A stretch of DNA of 64,000 nt from Chloroflexaceae bacterium. GTDB lineage: Bacteria > Chloroflexota > Chloroflexia > Chloroflexales > Chloroflexaceae. A program made the translations under genes and the position numbers. Below, one piece after another: positions 47,082-55,992 of the stretch (position 1 is the first letter of the stretch; every line of letters starts with the position of its first letter). The notes beneath the pieces were generated by a model. It had not been told where the DNA came from, ran no database searches, and was given only the letters and a program-made list of their open reading frames with translations. The stretch covers positions 70,167 through 134,166 of the forward strand of contig DAOTWD010000003.1 in assembly GCA_034435975.1 (NCBI GenBank). Reading direction: 5' to 3'.

Positions 47082-47189
47082 GTATGCGATCCCGTGAGCA
47101 AATTGTTCCATCAGGCAATCGGTGTTGGGGTTGCATTGGGCGAGAACCGTGGGTATGCAATCCCGTGAGCAAATTGTTACATTAGGCAA
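47082..47189 (+). repeat. 37-bp direct repeat (3 mismatches, 71-nt offset) duplicating the recG start region
   Basis: GTATGCGATCCCGTGAGCAAATTGTTCCATCAGGCAA (47082-47118) versus GTATGCAATCCCGTGAGCAAATTGTTACATTAGGCAA (47153-47189). Confidence 0.9.
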
Positions 47190-49707
47190 AGTGCTGGCCG
47201 AGGAGCAGCGACGTGGCGGCGATGATGGGGCCGTGATCGATGGTTTGGACAGATTCATTGCTGCATGGCGCACCGAGTCCAACAGGGCACGCGAAATACC
47301 GGCGGTGCAACAGGCATTGGCATTGCTGGCAAACTATGCCCACCAGCCCGTTGATACGCGCCAGGTACATCTCGCACAGGCATTGGAGTTGCTTCGTACA
47401 CTTTTCAAGTCGTTGGAAACGACTACGGCAACAGCAAATGCAACCGGTTCATCGCCCCTGCTCCACACCTCCAGGCCGGTATCGCAACCAGATCCAGCGG
47501 GCGTAACTACACCTGAGCTTAGCCTGGATCTACCCGTAGAAAAGGTACCCGGCATCAATCGAAGCGCGGCACAGGCCTTTAAGCGGCTCAAGTTGCACAC
47601 GGTTGGCGATCTGCTGTATCATTTTCCGCATCGTTACGATGATTACACGTCGCAACAGTGCATTGCGAACCTGAGGGTAGGAGCTGTAGAGACGATCGTC
47701 GGCACCGTATGTGCCGTGCGTCCCTTTCGTACCAAAACCGGGCGTGACGGCGTGGAAATTCAGGTGGAAGATTCGAGTGGGCGCTTAAGAGTCGTCTTTT
47801 TTGGCGCACGCTGGCTGGTACAGCAGTTTAAGATCGGGCGAAAGGTGGTATTAAGCGGTAAAGTTACGTCCTATAACGGTATCTGTCAAATGACTGGCCC
47901 CGATTGGGAACCATATACGGCTGATCAACTGATTCATACTGGACGCCTGGTGCCAGTCCATCCATTGACAAAGGGATTACACGAGCGCAATGCTCGCAAA
48001 ATTCTGAAACAGGTTGTTGATCACGCTGCGCCCCTGGTACCGGAGTATTTGCCGCCTGTGGTACGTGAGCGAACAGGATTACTGCCACTGGGGACAGCGA
48101 TTGCGCAGATGCACTTCCCGGATAATCAGGAAATGCTGGCACGGGCACGGGATCGGCTTGGCTTCGATGAGTTTCTGTTTATTCAACTCGGTATCATCCA
48201 ACGACGGCAGCTCTGGCAAGGTGAAATGGGTTATGCATTTACCTGGCACCCTGAGGTTCATGCTGAGCTGCTCCAACAACTCCCGTTCAGGCTTACCGGT
48301 GCCCAGCAGCGAGCGCTAACCGAGATTTTTGCTGATGTACAACGCCCGGTGCCTATGGCACGTTTGCTCCAGGGCGATGTCGGCAGCGGCAAGACCGTCG
48401 TGGCGGCAGCGGTTCTCTTGCAGGCGATTGCCAATGGCTTGCAGGGAGCATTGATGGCACCGACCGAGATCCTGGCCGAGCAGCATTACAAGGGGCTACG
48501 ACAGCTCCTCAGCCGGGTGCGTGTACCGCGCACTGCTCACGCAGATGCTACCAATGCCGATCCTGATTGGAAAGGTACCACCGATGCCGACCATCTGGCA
48601 CGCCTGGATGAGATCAAGCGCTTGCTCGGTATGGTGCCCGAAGATGATCTGGATGGTGCAGGCGTGCGAGTGGCTTTGCTCACCGGTAGTCTGGGAACAA
48701 AGGAGCGGCGGCGTGTGCTTGAGGCGATTGCCAACGGCGATATTGATCTGGTGATCGGTACCCATGCGCTGATTACCGAGAGTGTCCAGTATCACAGCCT
48801 GGGTCTGGTGTGCATCGACGAGCAGCATCGGTTTGGCGTTGAGCAACGCCAGCGTCTGAAACAAAAAGGATTTAACCCACATATGCTGGTGATGACGGCC
48901 ACACCGATTCCACGCACGCTCACATTGACCCTCTATGGCGATCTCGATGTCTCGATACTCGATGAACTGCCGCCAGGTCGACAGGAAATCAAGACACGCT
49001 GGATCACCCGTGCCGAGCGTGACAAGGCCTATCGGCATGTACGGCGCGAAATTGAGAAAGGTCGCCAGGCCTTTGTGATCTGTCCACTGGTAGAAGAGAG
49101 CGAAAAAGTTGATCTACCATCAGCCGAGGAGATGTATACCTATCTGCAACACAGGGTATTTCCTGATCTTCGTATTGGGTTGATCCACGGGCGCTTATTG
49201 CCGCGTGAGAAAGATCTCGTGATGCGCGCCTTCCGTGATCATGAATTTGACATTCTGGTGGCAACTGCTGTGGTCGAGGTGGGTATTGACATACCAAACG
49301 CAACGACGATTATTATCGATGGTGCTGAGCGGTTTGGGTTGGCCCAGTTGCACCAGTTTCGCGGACGAGTTGGACGTGGAAGCCACCAAAGCTACTGTAT
49401 TCTGATTAGCGACCTCGATAACGAAGTGACGCAACAACGGTTAGAAGCCATGGAACTGACACACGACGGCTTCAAACTGGCCGAAATTGACCTGGAACTG
49501 CGTGGCCCCGGCGAGTTTCTGGGCAAACGTCAGAGTGGCACACCTGACCTGAAAGTAGCACGGCTGACCGATATACACCTTCTTCATCGTGCGCAACAGG
49601 AGGCGTGTATGATCCTGGAAGATGATCCGCAACTGGCACGACCAGAGCATGCGCTCCTGCGCACCAGAGTGCGTGAATTCTGGGAGCAGGCAGAAGGAGC
49701 GAGTTAG
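47155..49707 (+). CDS. recG: ATP-dependent DNA helicase RecG with a ~140-aa N-terminal extension
   Basis: Wedge-domain entry (VGDLLYHFPHRYDDY), helicase motif I GDVGSGKTVVAA, DEQHRFGV, TATPIPRTL, and RGRVGRGSHQSYC with a TRG-like end. Start uncertain (47122 or 47155). Confidence 0.9.
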   Translation: MQSREQIVTLGKVLAEEQRRGGDDGAVIDGLDRFIAAWRTESNRAREIPAVQQALALLANYAHQPVDTRQVHLAQALELLRTLFKSLETTTATANATGSSPLLHTSRPVSQPDPAGVTTPELSLDLPVEKVPGINRSAAQAFKRLKLHTVGDLLYHFPHRYDDYTSQQCIANLRVGAVETIVGTVCAVRPFRTKTGRDGVEIQVEDSSGRLRVVFFGARWLVQQFKIGRKVVLSGKVTSYNGICQMTGPDWEPYTADQLIHTGRLVPVHPLTKGLHERNARKILKQVVDHAAPLVPEYLPPVVRERTGLLPLGTAIAQMHFPDNQEMLARARDRLGFDEFLFIQLGIIQRRQLWQGEMGYAFTWHPEVHAELLQQLPFRLTGAQQRALTEIFADVQRPVPMARLLQGDVGSGKTVVAAAVLLQAIANGLQGALMAPTEILAEQHYKGLRQLLSRVRVPRTAHADATNADPDWKGTTDADHLARLDEIKRLLGMVPEDDLDGAGVRVALLTGSLGTKERRRVLEAIANGDIDLVIGTHALITESVQYHSLGLVCIDEQHRFGVEQRQRLKQKGFNPHMLVMTATPIPRTLTLTLYGDLDVSILDELPPGRQEIKTRWITRAERDKAYRHVRREIEKGRQAFVICPLVEESEKVDLPSAEEMYTYLQHRVFPDLRIGLIHGRLLPREKDLVMRAFRDHEFDILVATAVVEVGIDIPNATTIIIDGAERFGLAQLHQFRGRVGRGSHQSYCILISDLDNEVTQQRLEAMELTHDGFKLAEIDLELRGPGEFLGKRQSGTPDLKVARLTDIHLLHRAQQEACMILEDDPQLARPEHALLRTRVREFWEQAEGAS

Positions 49708-50142
49708 GATATGACACGTGGATAGGCTCTGGCTTGGGTACCATGGTCTCCATATTCCCTATGACGAAGTGGTCGCTATACTCTTTTATCGCTCGGTACT
49801 CGATACCCAGATTGTACGTACCTATGGCCGTGTACCAACCGGTGTATGTTCTGTGGTGGTGACCGTGTGCGGCCAATATTTGCCCGCGCGCTGGCATACG
49901 GAACAGTTGCGGCAGCGTTGGACACGCTGGCGTCTCAGTCAGGGCGAGTAAGGCTGCTTGATCAGGACTGACACGGCTGCTCAAACAACATGATATACCT
50001 GCAGCAGCACGGTACTTCGTTGTTGTTCTCTCCCAATATTCGCCGAAAGCGAACATCTGGAGAGAACGAAAGCGTTTTATGGCTACAGGTGAAAAAGATG
50101 TGGTGGCGCAACAAGTGCGTCAGTCTTGCATAGAAGACGGTT

Positions 50143-50616
50143 ATGGCAAAATATGAAATCACGGCTGTCACCATCATTCAAGCCGAGCCAGCCGATGTCT
50201 GGGCAGTTCTCGATAATTTTAGGAACTGGCCCGATTGGATGCCAGCAATGCAGAATCTCCAGGTGGAGTTACTGACACCGGGCCAGATCAAGCCGGGATA
50301 TCGCTTCCGTCTGCGTAATAAACTGGTACATGCCGACCTGGAAGTCACCACCTGCACCAGGCTGGAGCGGGCCACCCGGTTTCGCCTGAACCTGCCACCA
50401 TTGACCGGGGCCAATCAGTGTGTGCTGACGCCGCTGGAACACGGTGGGTATCGATTGGAACGCAAGGACTGGATTAACCTGCCTGGCCCGATCGCCACGT
50501 TTCTGAATGCTACCCAGCGCCAGCGATTGGAACAACTGGCTGCCGACTTTCTCTTATCACTGAAACGCACAGTAGAACAGCGAGGAAGCTTTGCTCAATC
50601 AGCAGCAACGGACTGA
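50143..50616 (+). CDS. SRPBCC (START/polyketide-cyclase-like) superfamily protein
   Basis: The N-terminus MAKYEITAVTIIQAEPADVWAVLDNFRNWPDWMP is typical of SRPBCC ligand-binding proteins. Confidence 0.7.
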   Translation: MAKYEITAVTIIQAEPADVWAVLDNFRNWPDWMPAMQNLQVELLTPGQIKPGYRFRLRNKLVHADLEVTTCTRLERATRFRLNLPPLTGANQCVLTPLEHGGYRLERKDWINLPGPIATFLNATQRQRLEQLAADFLLSLKRTVEQRGSFAQSAATD

Positions 50617-50839
50617 AACCTTACAACGTCTGGCGGCGATCATCAGGCAGAGCGGCATGCGAGTGCCAGTTGGAATTGCTCTGGATATAGTCCAACCATT
50701 TACTGTCCTTAGTAGTCAGGTCGCCCTATTTTGTCAGCCATTTACGATGGGTAGTAGTTTTGAACGTTATGTGCTGGTTCTGGCGGATGAGGCAAGTTGG
50801 GACGAATTACGTCGCTATTTAGGCCGTCCAGAATGTTGA
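50591..50839 (+). CDS. small hypothetical protein (weak call)
   Basis: 82-codon ORF overlapping the SRPBCC gene end by 26 nt. No recognisable motif or strong RBS. Kept only because of its position upstream of the 51060 operon. Confidence 0.3.
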   Translation: MLNQQQRTETLQRLAAIIRQSGMRVPVGIALDIVQPFTVLSSQVALFCQPFTMGSSFERYVLVLADEASWDELRRYLGRPEC

Positions 50840-50864
50840 CAAAGCCAGTTTTTTGCGTTACACT
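50836..50864 (+). promoter_or_regulatory. sigma-70-like promoter candidate TTGACA-17 nt-TACACT upstream of the five-gene operon
   Basis: TTGACA at 50836-50841 and TACACT at 50859-50864 with a 17-nt spacer, 196 nt before the ATG at 51060. Confidence 0.4.
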
Positions 50865-50887
50865 GCAAAAGCAGGCTGTCGGATAGG

Positions 50888-50992
50888 GTTGGAACACATT
50901 ATATAATGTGTATGACAGGTAGTACGACAGCGTCGGCTTGCCAGCAGAAGACTGGCAAAGTTGGAACACATGTGTGCATGGTGGGTAGTACG
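50888..50992 (+). promoter_or_regulatory. two direct repeats, each GTTGGAACACAT ... GGTAGTACG, in the leader of the five-gene operon; the first contains an 18-bp perfect palindrome
   Basis: The exact 12-mer occurs at 50888-50899 and 50960-50971, and the exact 9-mer at 50918-50926 and 50984-50992. The palindrome ACACATTATATAATGTGT is at 50894-50911. Confidence 0.6.
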
Positions 50993-51059
50993 GTGTAAAG
51001 TTATGTATCCCACCAGAGTTGCTTGAACCACACAATTGCGTCTGGCCTTAGGAGTGACT

Positions 51060-51857
51060 ATGCCTCTCCGTGGTCTCCCCGAAGAAACAATACTTGTCCT
51101 GATTGTTGCCCTGATTGTATTTATACTGACCGTATGGTATGACACCCGTATTCGTGCTGGTCATCGGCCATTCCGGCGACCACTCGCGGCGTTCGAGGTC
51201 ATCAGGGCTGCTCTTGGGCGTGGTGCAGAAACTGGTCGTGTGATACATCTCTCGCCTGGTGCCGGTACGGTGGGTAATCGTGCGACCACGGCTGAAACAG
51301 TAGCCGGGTTACTGGCGGCCGAGCGTATTGCCACTGAAGCGGCGTTCAACGGGGCGGCGATACTGGTCAGCAGCGGTGATGCCGTATCGCATCTAGCTCT
51401 CCGCGGCATTGTGCGCCAGGCCTATTATCGCGCAGGGCAAAGCCCGATCTTCAACGCAGCCAGTGTCCAATTGCTGGCCCATCAAGATTCGATGGCCTAC
51501 GCTGCTGGCGTTTCTGCACTCTATGCGCGCCAACGGTTGGAAGCCAGCCAGTTGATCGGCAGTCTGGGTCAGGAACTCCTCCTGGTGGGGGAAACCGGGG
51601 CGCAACATGATCTACCACAAATGATGGGGACGACCACACCTGCTGGTCTGCCGCTGATGTTCCTGAGTACACGTTCGGTATTGATTGGCGAAGAGGTGTT
51701 CGCCGCCGATGCGTATCTTGCAGCCGTGCCTGGCCCCCAGGCACGGTTGATGACCCAGGATTTCTTGCGCATGATTCTGATCCTGGTAGTTGTGCTGGGT
51801 ATCATCTACAGTCTGCTCCAGCCTGTTGTCGGGTTGCCACCATTACCAGGGATCTAA
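51060..51857 (+). CDS. bitopic membrane protein of unknown function (operon gene 1)
   Basis: The ATG at 51060 follows AGGAG. N-terminal TM (ILVLIVALIVFILTVWY) and C-terminal TM (MILILVVVLGIIYSLL) flank a ~200-aa Ala/Gly-rich domain. No family recognised. Confidence 0.7.
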   Translation: MPLRGLPEETILVLIVALIVFILTVWYDTRIRAGHRPFRRPLAAFEVIRAALGRGAETGRVIHLSPGAGTVGNRATTAETVAGLLAAERIATEAAFNGAAILVSSGDAVSHLALRGIVRQAYYRAGQSPIFNAASVQLLAHQDSMAYAAGVSALYARQRLEASQLIGSLGQELLLVGETGAQHDLPQMMGTTTPAGLPLMFLSTRSVLIGEEVFAADAYLAAVPGPQARLMTQDFLRMILILVVVLGIIYSLLQPVVGLPPLPGI

Positions 51858-51872
51858 CTGAGAAGGTGTTTG

Positions 51873-52514
51873 ATGTCTTTCGTGCGTGATCCAAAGCGCC
51901 TGATTGCAACTTTGATCGCGGGAGTGGTCGGTGCGATTGTGCTGGTAGATTTTGCGAGCGCAACCCTGACGGTCGGTCGGGTAGCGCGGTTGCTGGTCGG
52001 CTGGGCAGCAACCCTGACAGCACTGGCACTCCTGGTAGGGGTGATCAGTGTTACTCTTGCACACTTGCGGCGTGTCCTGACACGTGATGCGGATTGGGGC
52101 TATAGCCTGGTACTAGTGATGGGCATGCTAGGAGTGATAGTGGTCGGGGTTGCTGGTGCCCCTGGTTTAAATCTAGCTGAAGAACCAATTCGCCGGGTCT
52201 TTCGTGCGGTCTATGAACCCCTGGCGAGTAGCCTGCTGGCGCTCCTGGCGTTCTTCAGCTTAAGCGCAATTCTCAGGGTGTTCCGTGAACGTCATCCCCC
52301 GGCAGTGGTGATTGTGATGGTAGCTCTTCTGGTATTGATTATGCAATTACCACCTGTCCAAACACTGCCGTTTGTGTCTGAATCTTTGCAGTGGTTTAGT
52401 GATTATATTACCCTGGCTGGTACACGCGGCCTACTTCTGGGTAGCGCTATTGGCACTCTGGTTGCCAGTGTACGTGTTTTGTTGGGATTCGATCAACCCT
52501 ATCTTGATCGTTAG
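51873..52514 (+). CDS. polytopic membrane protein of unknown function (operon gene 2)
   Basis: 213 aa, 5-6 hydrophobic segments. Starts 13 nt after the gene 1 stop. Confidence 0.7.
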   Translation: MSFVRDPKRLIATLIAGVVGAIVLVDFASATLTVGRVARLLVGWAATLTALALLVGVISVTLAHLRRVLTRDADWGYSLVLVMGMLGVIVVGVAGAPGLNLAEEPIRRVFRAVYEPLASSLLALLAFFSLSAILRVFRERHPPAVVIVMVALLVLIMQLPPVQTLPFVSESLQWFSDYITLAGTRGLLLGSAIGTLVASVRVLLGFDQPYLDR

Positions 52515-52537
52515 TTATTGTAAGCTGTCTAGTGTTG

Positions 52538-52572
52538 AGACTATGGGCAAAGGCTGTGTTTGCCCATAGTCT
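52538..52572 (+). other. perfect 14-bp stem / 7-nt loop hairpin between operon genes 2 and 3
   Basis: AGACTATGGGCAAA (52538-52551) and TTTGCCCATAGTCT (52559-52572) are exact reverse complements. No U-tract follows. Confidence 0.5.
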
Positions 52573-52587
52573 ACGCCAGCAAAAAAT

Positions 52588-55500
52588 GTGATGGATCAAA
52601 AATCACGCCCATCGCCTGTACATACGAACGAAGATCAGCATCTGCCACCCTGGTTGCAAGGCGTCCCACTCCCGCCATGCCCACCTTCACGGCAGGCGCC
52701 GGTTGTGGACGCGGGCTTGAGTCTGACCTCGTCGCGCCCGATCGTGGCGGATACGGCGGTAGATCCTACAATACCTGACTGGTTGCGCGATCTGCAAAGT
52801 GAAGTTGGGGATATTGAAGACGAGCCAGGTGGGAGTGATGACGAACCAGACTGGCTCGCCAGTCTGGCGGCTGATGAGGTACTGCGTGTACCGGATGAGG
52901 CGGCGGATTTTCCTGCTGCGCCTCAGTCTGATCGTGTCACCGATCTGCCTGACTGGTTGCGAACGGATGCGAGCCCTGTTCGAGATGACATATCTGCCCG
53001 ATCTAGCAGTGATGACCTGCCCGACTGGTTACGAAGCGACGTGAGTTCGGCTCCAGACAATACACCTGCCAGTACGGCTAGTACTGATCTGCCCGACTGG
53101 TTACGAGGCGATGCGAGTTCTGCTCGACCAGAAACACTGGCCATGGCCAGCAGGGATGACTTGCCGGATTGGCTTCAATCAACACCCGCAGAATCGGCAA
53201 CCCCATCCGATCCTTTTCCATCACCATCGGCATCAGCGGATGAGCAGACAACACCACGGGTGCGTATGCCTGTTGGGGCAACTGATTGGCTGCGTAGCCT
53301 GGGAGAGGAATCAGATACCGACCAGGATCGGCCAGATACAGCCGAAGGGCCAATTGTTGAAGGGTTGCCTGAACAGGGCATTCCTGACTGGTTGCGTGAT
53401 GTTTCTCCAGACGAACTGGCCCGCGATATTGCCACTGCAGAGCCAGAACGACCGGTATACGATCTGCAACAACATGCTGATTCCTCTCCAGACCCTGTTC
53501 AAGCATCAGACTGGCTAGTCGAATCGGCAACGGCACTGTCGTCAATGGCACAGTCACCAGATTCAGATGCATGGGTTGAACCAGCGCTACCGGACTGGTT
53601 GCGTGATGTAAGCCTGGAGGAGCTGGAGCATGATATTGCAGCGGTGCAGTCTGATCTACCGGCACCACCACCTGTGTTGCCAGATGTGGAACCAGGATTA
53701 CCCGATTGGCTGCGCGATGTATCTCTCACAACCGATGAGGGCGATCCAGGGATAGCAGACAGCCCTGCTGCCCCGGTTGGTAGTCGGGATAGGCGATCTG
53801 CAGAACCGCCAGGCTGGCTGCTGACACCATCTGATGCGCAATCACCTGACTCGCCTGCGTCTGTTCCTGCATGGCTACTAGATGTGTCAGCGAGCCAATC
53901 TGAATCTGCTGTCCCTGAATGGTTACAGTCAACACCGACGGCCCGATCTGAAGCAGATGATTCACCACCTGCTTCAGATATTCCACCGTGGTTACAACGT
54001 GTTGAGCCTGAAGATGATCGCGATGCATCGGGATCAACACCGATTGCGGATTCGCCAGCAGCGCCACTCGGCAGTAAGGTGCCAGAGTGGTTACAGTCAT
54101 CTGATGTGGTACCATCTGTACCAGATCATCTGTCAGCAGGAGATGAGCATCAAGCGGCATTGCCTGAATGGTTACGTGGCAATGCACATGATGAATCGTT
54201 CTCAACTCAGGCGAAGCATACCGGTGTTGAGCCATCAGGAGTGTTGCCCGCCTGGTTGATAGATAATGCAGATCCTGAATCAGGTTCGTCTTTTCCAGGA
54301 AAAGCCCCTGATGAAACGATACCGGAGTGGTTACGTGCGGATCAATTATCAGTCAGTGAATCGGCAGAGAACCTGCCTGAATGGATGCGTAGTGATACAT
54401 CAACGGTAGAGTCTGGGGTGGCTCACGTTGATCCAACGATGCCTGACACATCTGATACGGATGTACCCTCCTGGTTGCGGGAAGAACCAGGAGGGCTGGC
54501 TTCCTCCGCTCCCCCTGGTATCGCTGATCTGCCACCGTGGATGATCGATGATGCGGACAGTCCTATACCGTCAGCAACAGCGGCGGGCGACAGCGGGTTA
54601 CCGGAATGGTTACGTGGTGCTGATGCAGATCCTAAAGTGCCTGCCTCACCTGCCACTTCGCCTATCGATGATGTTTCTGTCCCTGAGGATGTTGAGGATG
54701 TTCCATCCTGGTTAGCCACTGATGGGGCTGATGCAGATATTCCACCGTGGCTTCAACCCGAGACATCAACCACCGAACCGCCCGTGATAGCCGAAGCTCA
54801 GGGTGTAGCGCAACCGTCTTCCGGCGAGACCAGTGACTTTTTCGAGAGTATCGATCTACCTGACTGGTTACGCGAATCTGAGAATAAGGCCACGATCCAA
54901 TCTGGAGTATCGCGTGATATAGGCTGGTTGTCACGGTTGGGTGTCCAGGATGAAGCTAGTGATAGCGTAGCCATTGCGGCGGCACCGGTTCCCACAGTGT
55001 TGGAACCACCCACGTTTACGCGTAGCCCGGCCCGAGTCGAAGCAACCGCTTTGCTGCAGCGGCTAGCACAGCATCCTTTTCCAGAAGTAGCGCCGGTGAC
55101 AACTATGCCCAGGCCATCGCTCTGGCAGCGTATTGGTGTTGAACGGATACTCTATATTCTGCTGGCGTTGGCATTGCTGTTCAGTGTGATCATGCCCTCC
55201 ATTACGGCCTTCCTGGGAGCAACCAGTCCTACAACACCCGAAATTGCCCGGCTCGTGTCTACTATTGATCAGTTGACCGAAAATGATATAGCACTGGTGG
55301 CCTATGAATGGAATGCCCAACGTAGCGGTGAACTGCGTCCACTAGAACAGGCGTTGATCCAACATCTAATGGATCATCAAGTGCGTATGGTGGTACTCAG
55401 TACCAATCCGCAAGGTACCTTGCTCTCGTTTGATCTGCGTGACACCTTGCAAGCCGGAGGTTATCAAGGTCGCGGGTTCGACTATGTTTTGCTAGGATAT

Positions 55501-55992
55501 CGGCCGGGTGGCGAAATGGCACTGCGCAGTATGGCTCAGAATTTCTATGAGACGCTGCAATCAGATTTCCAGGGATTGGATGCGACTCGCGGTGGTCTGG
55601 CCATTGACCCTGATACACGTGAGTGGTTTTTGAATACGCTCGCGGATCTGTCGTTGATTGTGGTTATGGCTGACCAGCCACAGGACGTGCAGGGGTGGAT
55701 CGAACAGATTCATACCAGCGTAGAAGATGTGCCGCTTGTCTTCCTATTACCGTTCGAAACGGCTCCTGTGGTGCAACCCTACCTACGCGATCCGCAAGTC
55801 TTTCAACTGGTAGGGAAGCAAGATGCGATTTATTATCAAGCTATGCGTACCAACGACCAGCACAACATAACAATGACCTATGCCAGTGGTCAGCAACATT
55901 TTGCGGTACTGGTGTTTGTGATTCTGGTTTTCGTTGGGGGTATGGTCAGTGTCTTGCTGCATTCCAGACCTTCGAGGGGGAACAACACATGA
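52588..55992 (+). CDS. 1134-aa acidic protein: ~830-aa cytoplasmic low-complexity region with about 28 P-x-W-L motifs, then TM - ~280-aa domain - TM (operon gene 3)
   Basis: Motifs read from the translation: LPDWLRD/S/G/T, IPDWLRD, VPEWLQS, LPEWLRG, IPPWLQR and others. No signal peptide. TM ILYILLALALLFSVIMPSI and terminal TM FAVLVFVILVFVGGMVSVLL. Confidence 0.8.
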   Translation: MMDQKSRPSPVHTNEDQHLPPWLQGVPLPPCPPSRQAPVVDAGLSLTSSRPIVADTAVDPTIPDWLRDLQSEVGDIEDEPGGSDDEPDWLASLAADEVLRVPDEAADFPAAPQSDRVTDLPDWLRTDASPVRDDISARSSSDDLPDWLRSDVSSAPDNTPASTASTDLPDWLRGDASSARPETLAMASRDDLPDWLQSTPAESATPSDPFPSPSASADEQTTPRVRMPVGATDWLRSLGEESDTDQDRPDTAEGPIVEGLPEQGIPDWLRDVSPDELARDIATAEPERPVYDLQQHADSSPDPVQASDWLVESATALSSMAQSPDSDAWVEPALPDWLRDVSLEELEHDIAAVQSDLPAPPPVLPDVEPGLPDWLRDVSLTTDEGDPGIADSPAAPVGSRDRRSAEPPGWLLTPSDAQSPDSPASVPAWLLDVSASQSESAVPEWLQSTPTARSEADDSPPASDIPPWLQRVEPEDDRDASGSTPIADSPAAPLGSKVPEWLQSSDVVPSVPDHLSAGDEHQAALPEWLRGNAHDESFSTQAKHTGVEPSGVLPAWLIDNADPESGSSFPGKAPDETIPEWLRADQLSVSESAENLPEWMRSDTSTVESGVAHVDPTMPDTSDTDVPSWLREEPGGLASSAPPGIADLPPWMIDDADSPIPSATAAGDSGLPEWLRGADADPKVPASPATSPIDDVSVPEDVEDVPSWLATDGADADIPPWLQPETSTTEPPVIAEAQGVAQPSSGETSDFFESIDLPDWLRESENKATIQSGVSRDIGWLSRLGVQDEASDSVAIAAAPVPTVLEPPTFTRSPARVEATALLQRLAQHPFPEVAPVTTMPRPSLWQRIGVERILYILLALALLFSVIMPSITAFLGATSPTTPEIARLVSTIDQLTENDIALVAYEWNAQRSGELRPLEQALIQHLMDHQVRMVVLSTNPQGTLLSFDLRDTLQAGGYQGRGFDYVLLGYRPGGEMALRSMAQNFYETLQSDFQGLDATRGGLAIDPDTREWFLNTLADLSLIVVMADQPQDVQGWIEQIHTSVEDVPLVFLLPFETAPVVQPYLRDPQVFQLVGKQDAIYYQAMRTNDQHNITMTYASGQQHFAVLVFVILVFVGGMVSVLLHSRPSRGNNT

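Noticed and set aside
49472-50056. 194-aa minus-strand ORF (and the 77-aa plus ORF at 49718-49951) after recG
   Set aside because: It overlaps the recG 3' end by 236 nt and has no recognisable motif. The stretch 49708-50142 is left unannotated rather than forced into a gene.
53078-54235. 197-aa and 169-aa minus-strand ORFs
   Set aside because: Antisense shadows inside the PxWL gene, opened by its biased codon composition.
52900-54900. Repetitive DNA of the PxWL region considered as satellite or CRISPR
   Set aside because: The repeat period is irregular, the units are short and embedded in one continuous 3.4-kb reading frame, and conservation is at the peptide-motif level.
55695-55988. Long N-terminal extension of the tracked ORF 55695..56630
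   Set aside because: It overlaps the end of the PxWL gene in another frame. The hydrophobic protein clearly begins at the ATG at 55989, which overlaps the upstream stop.
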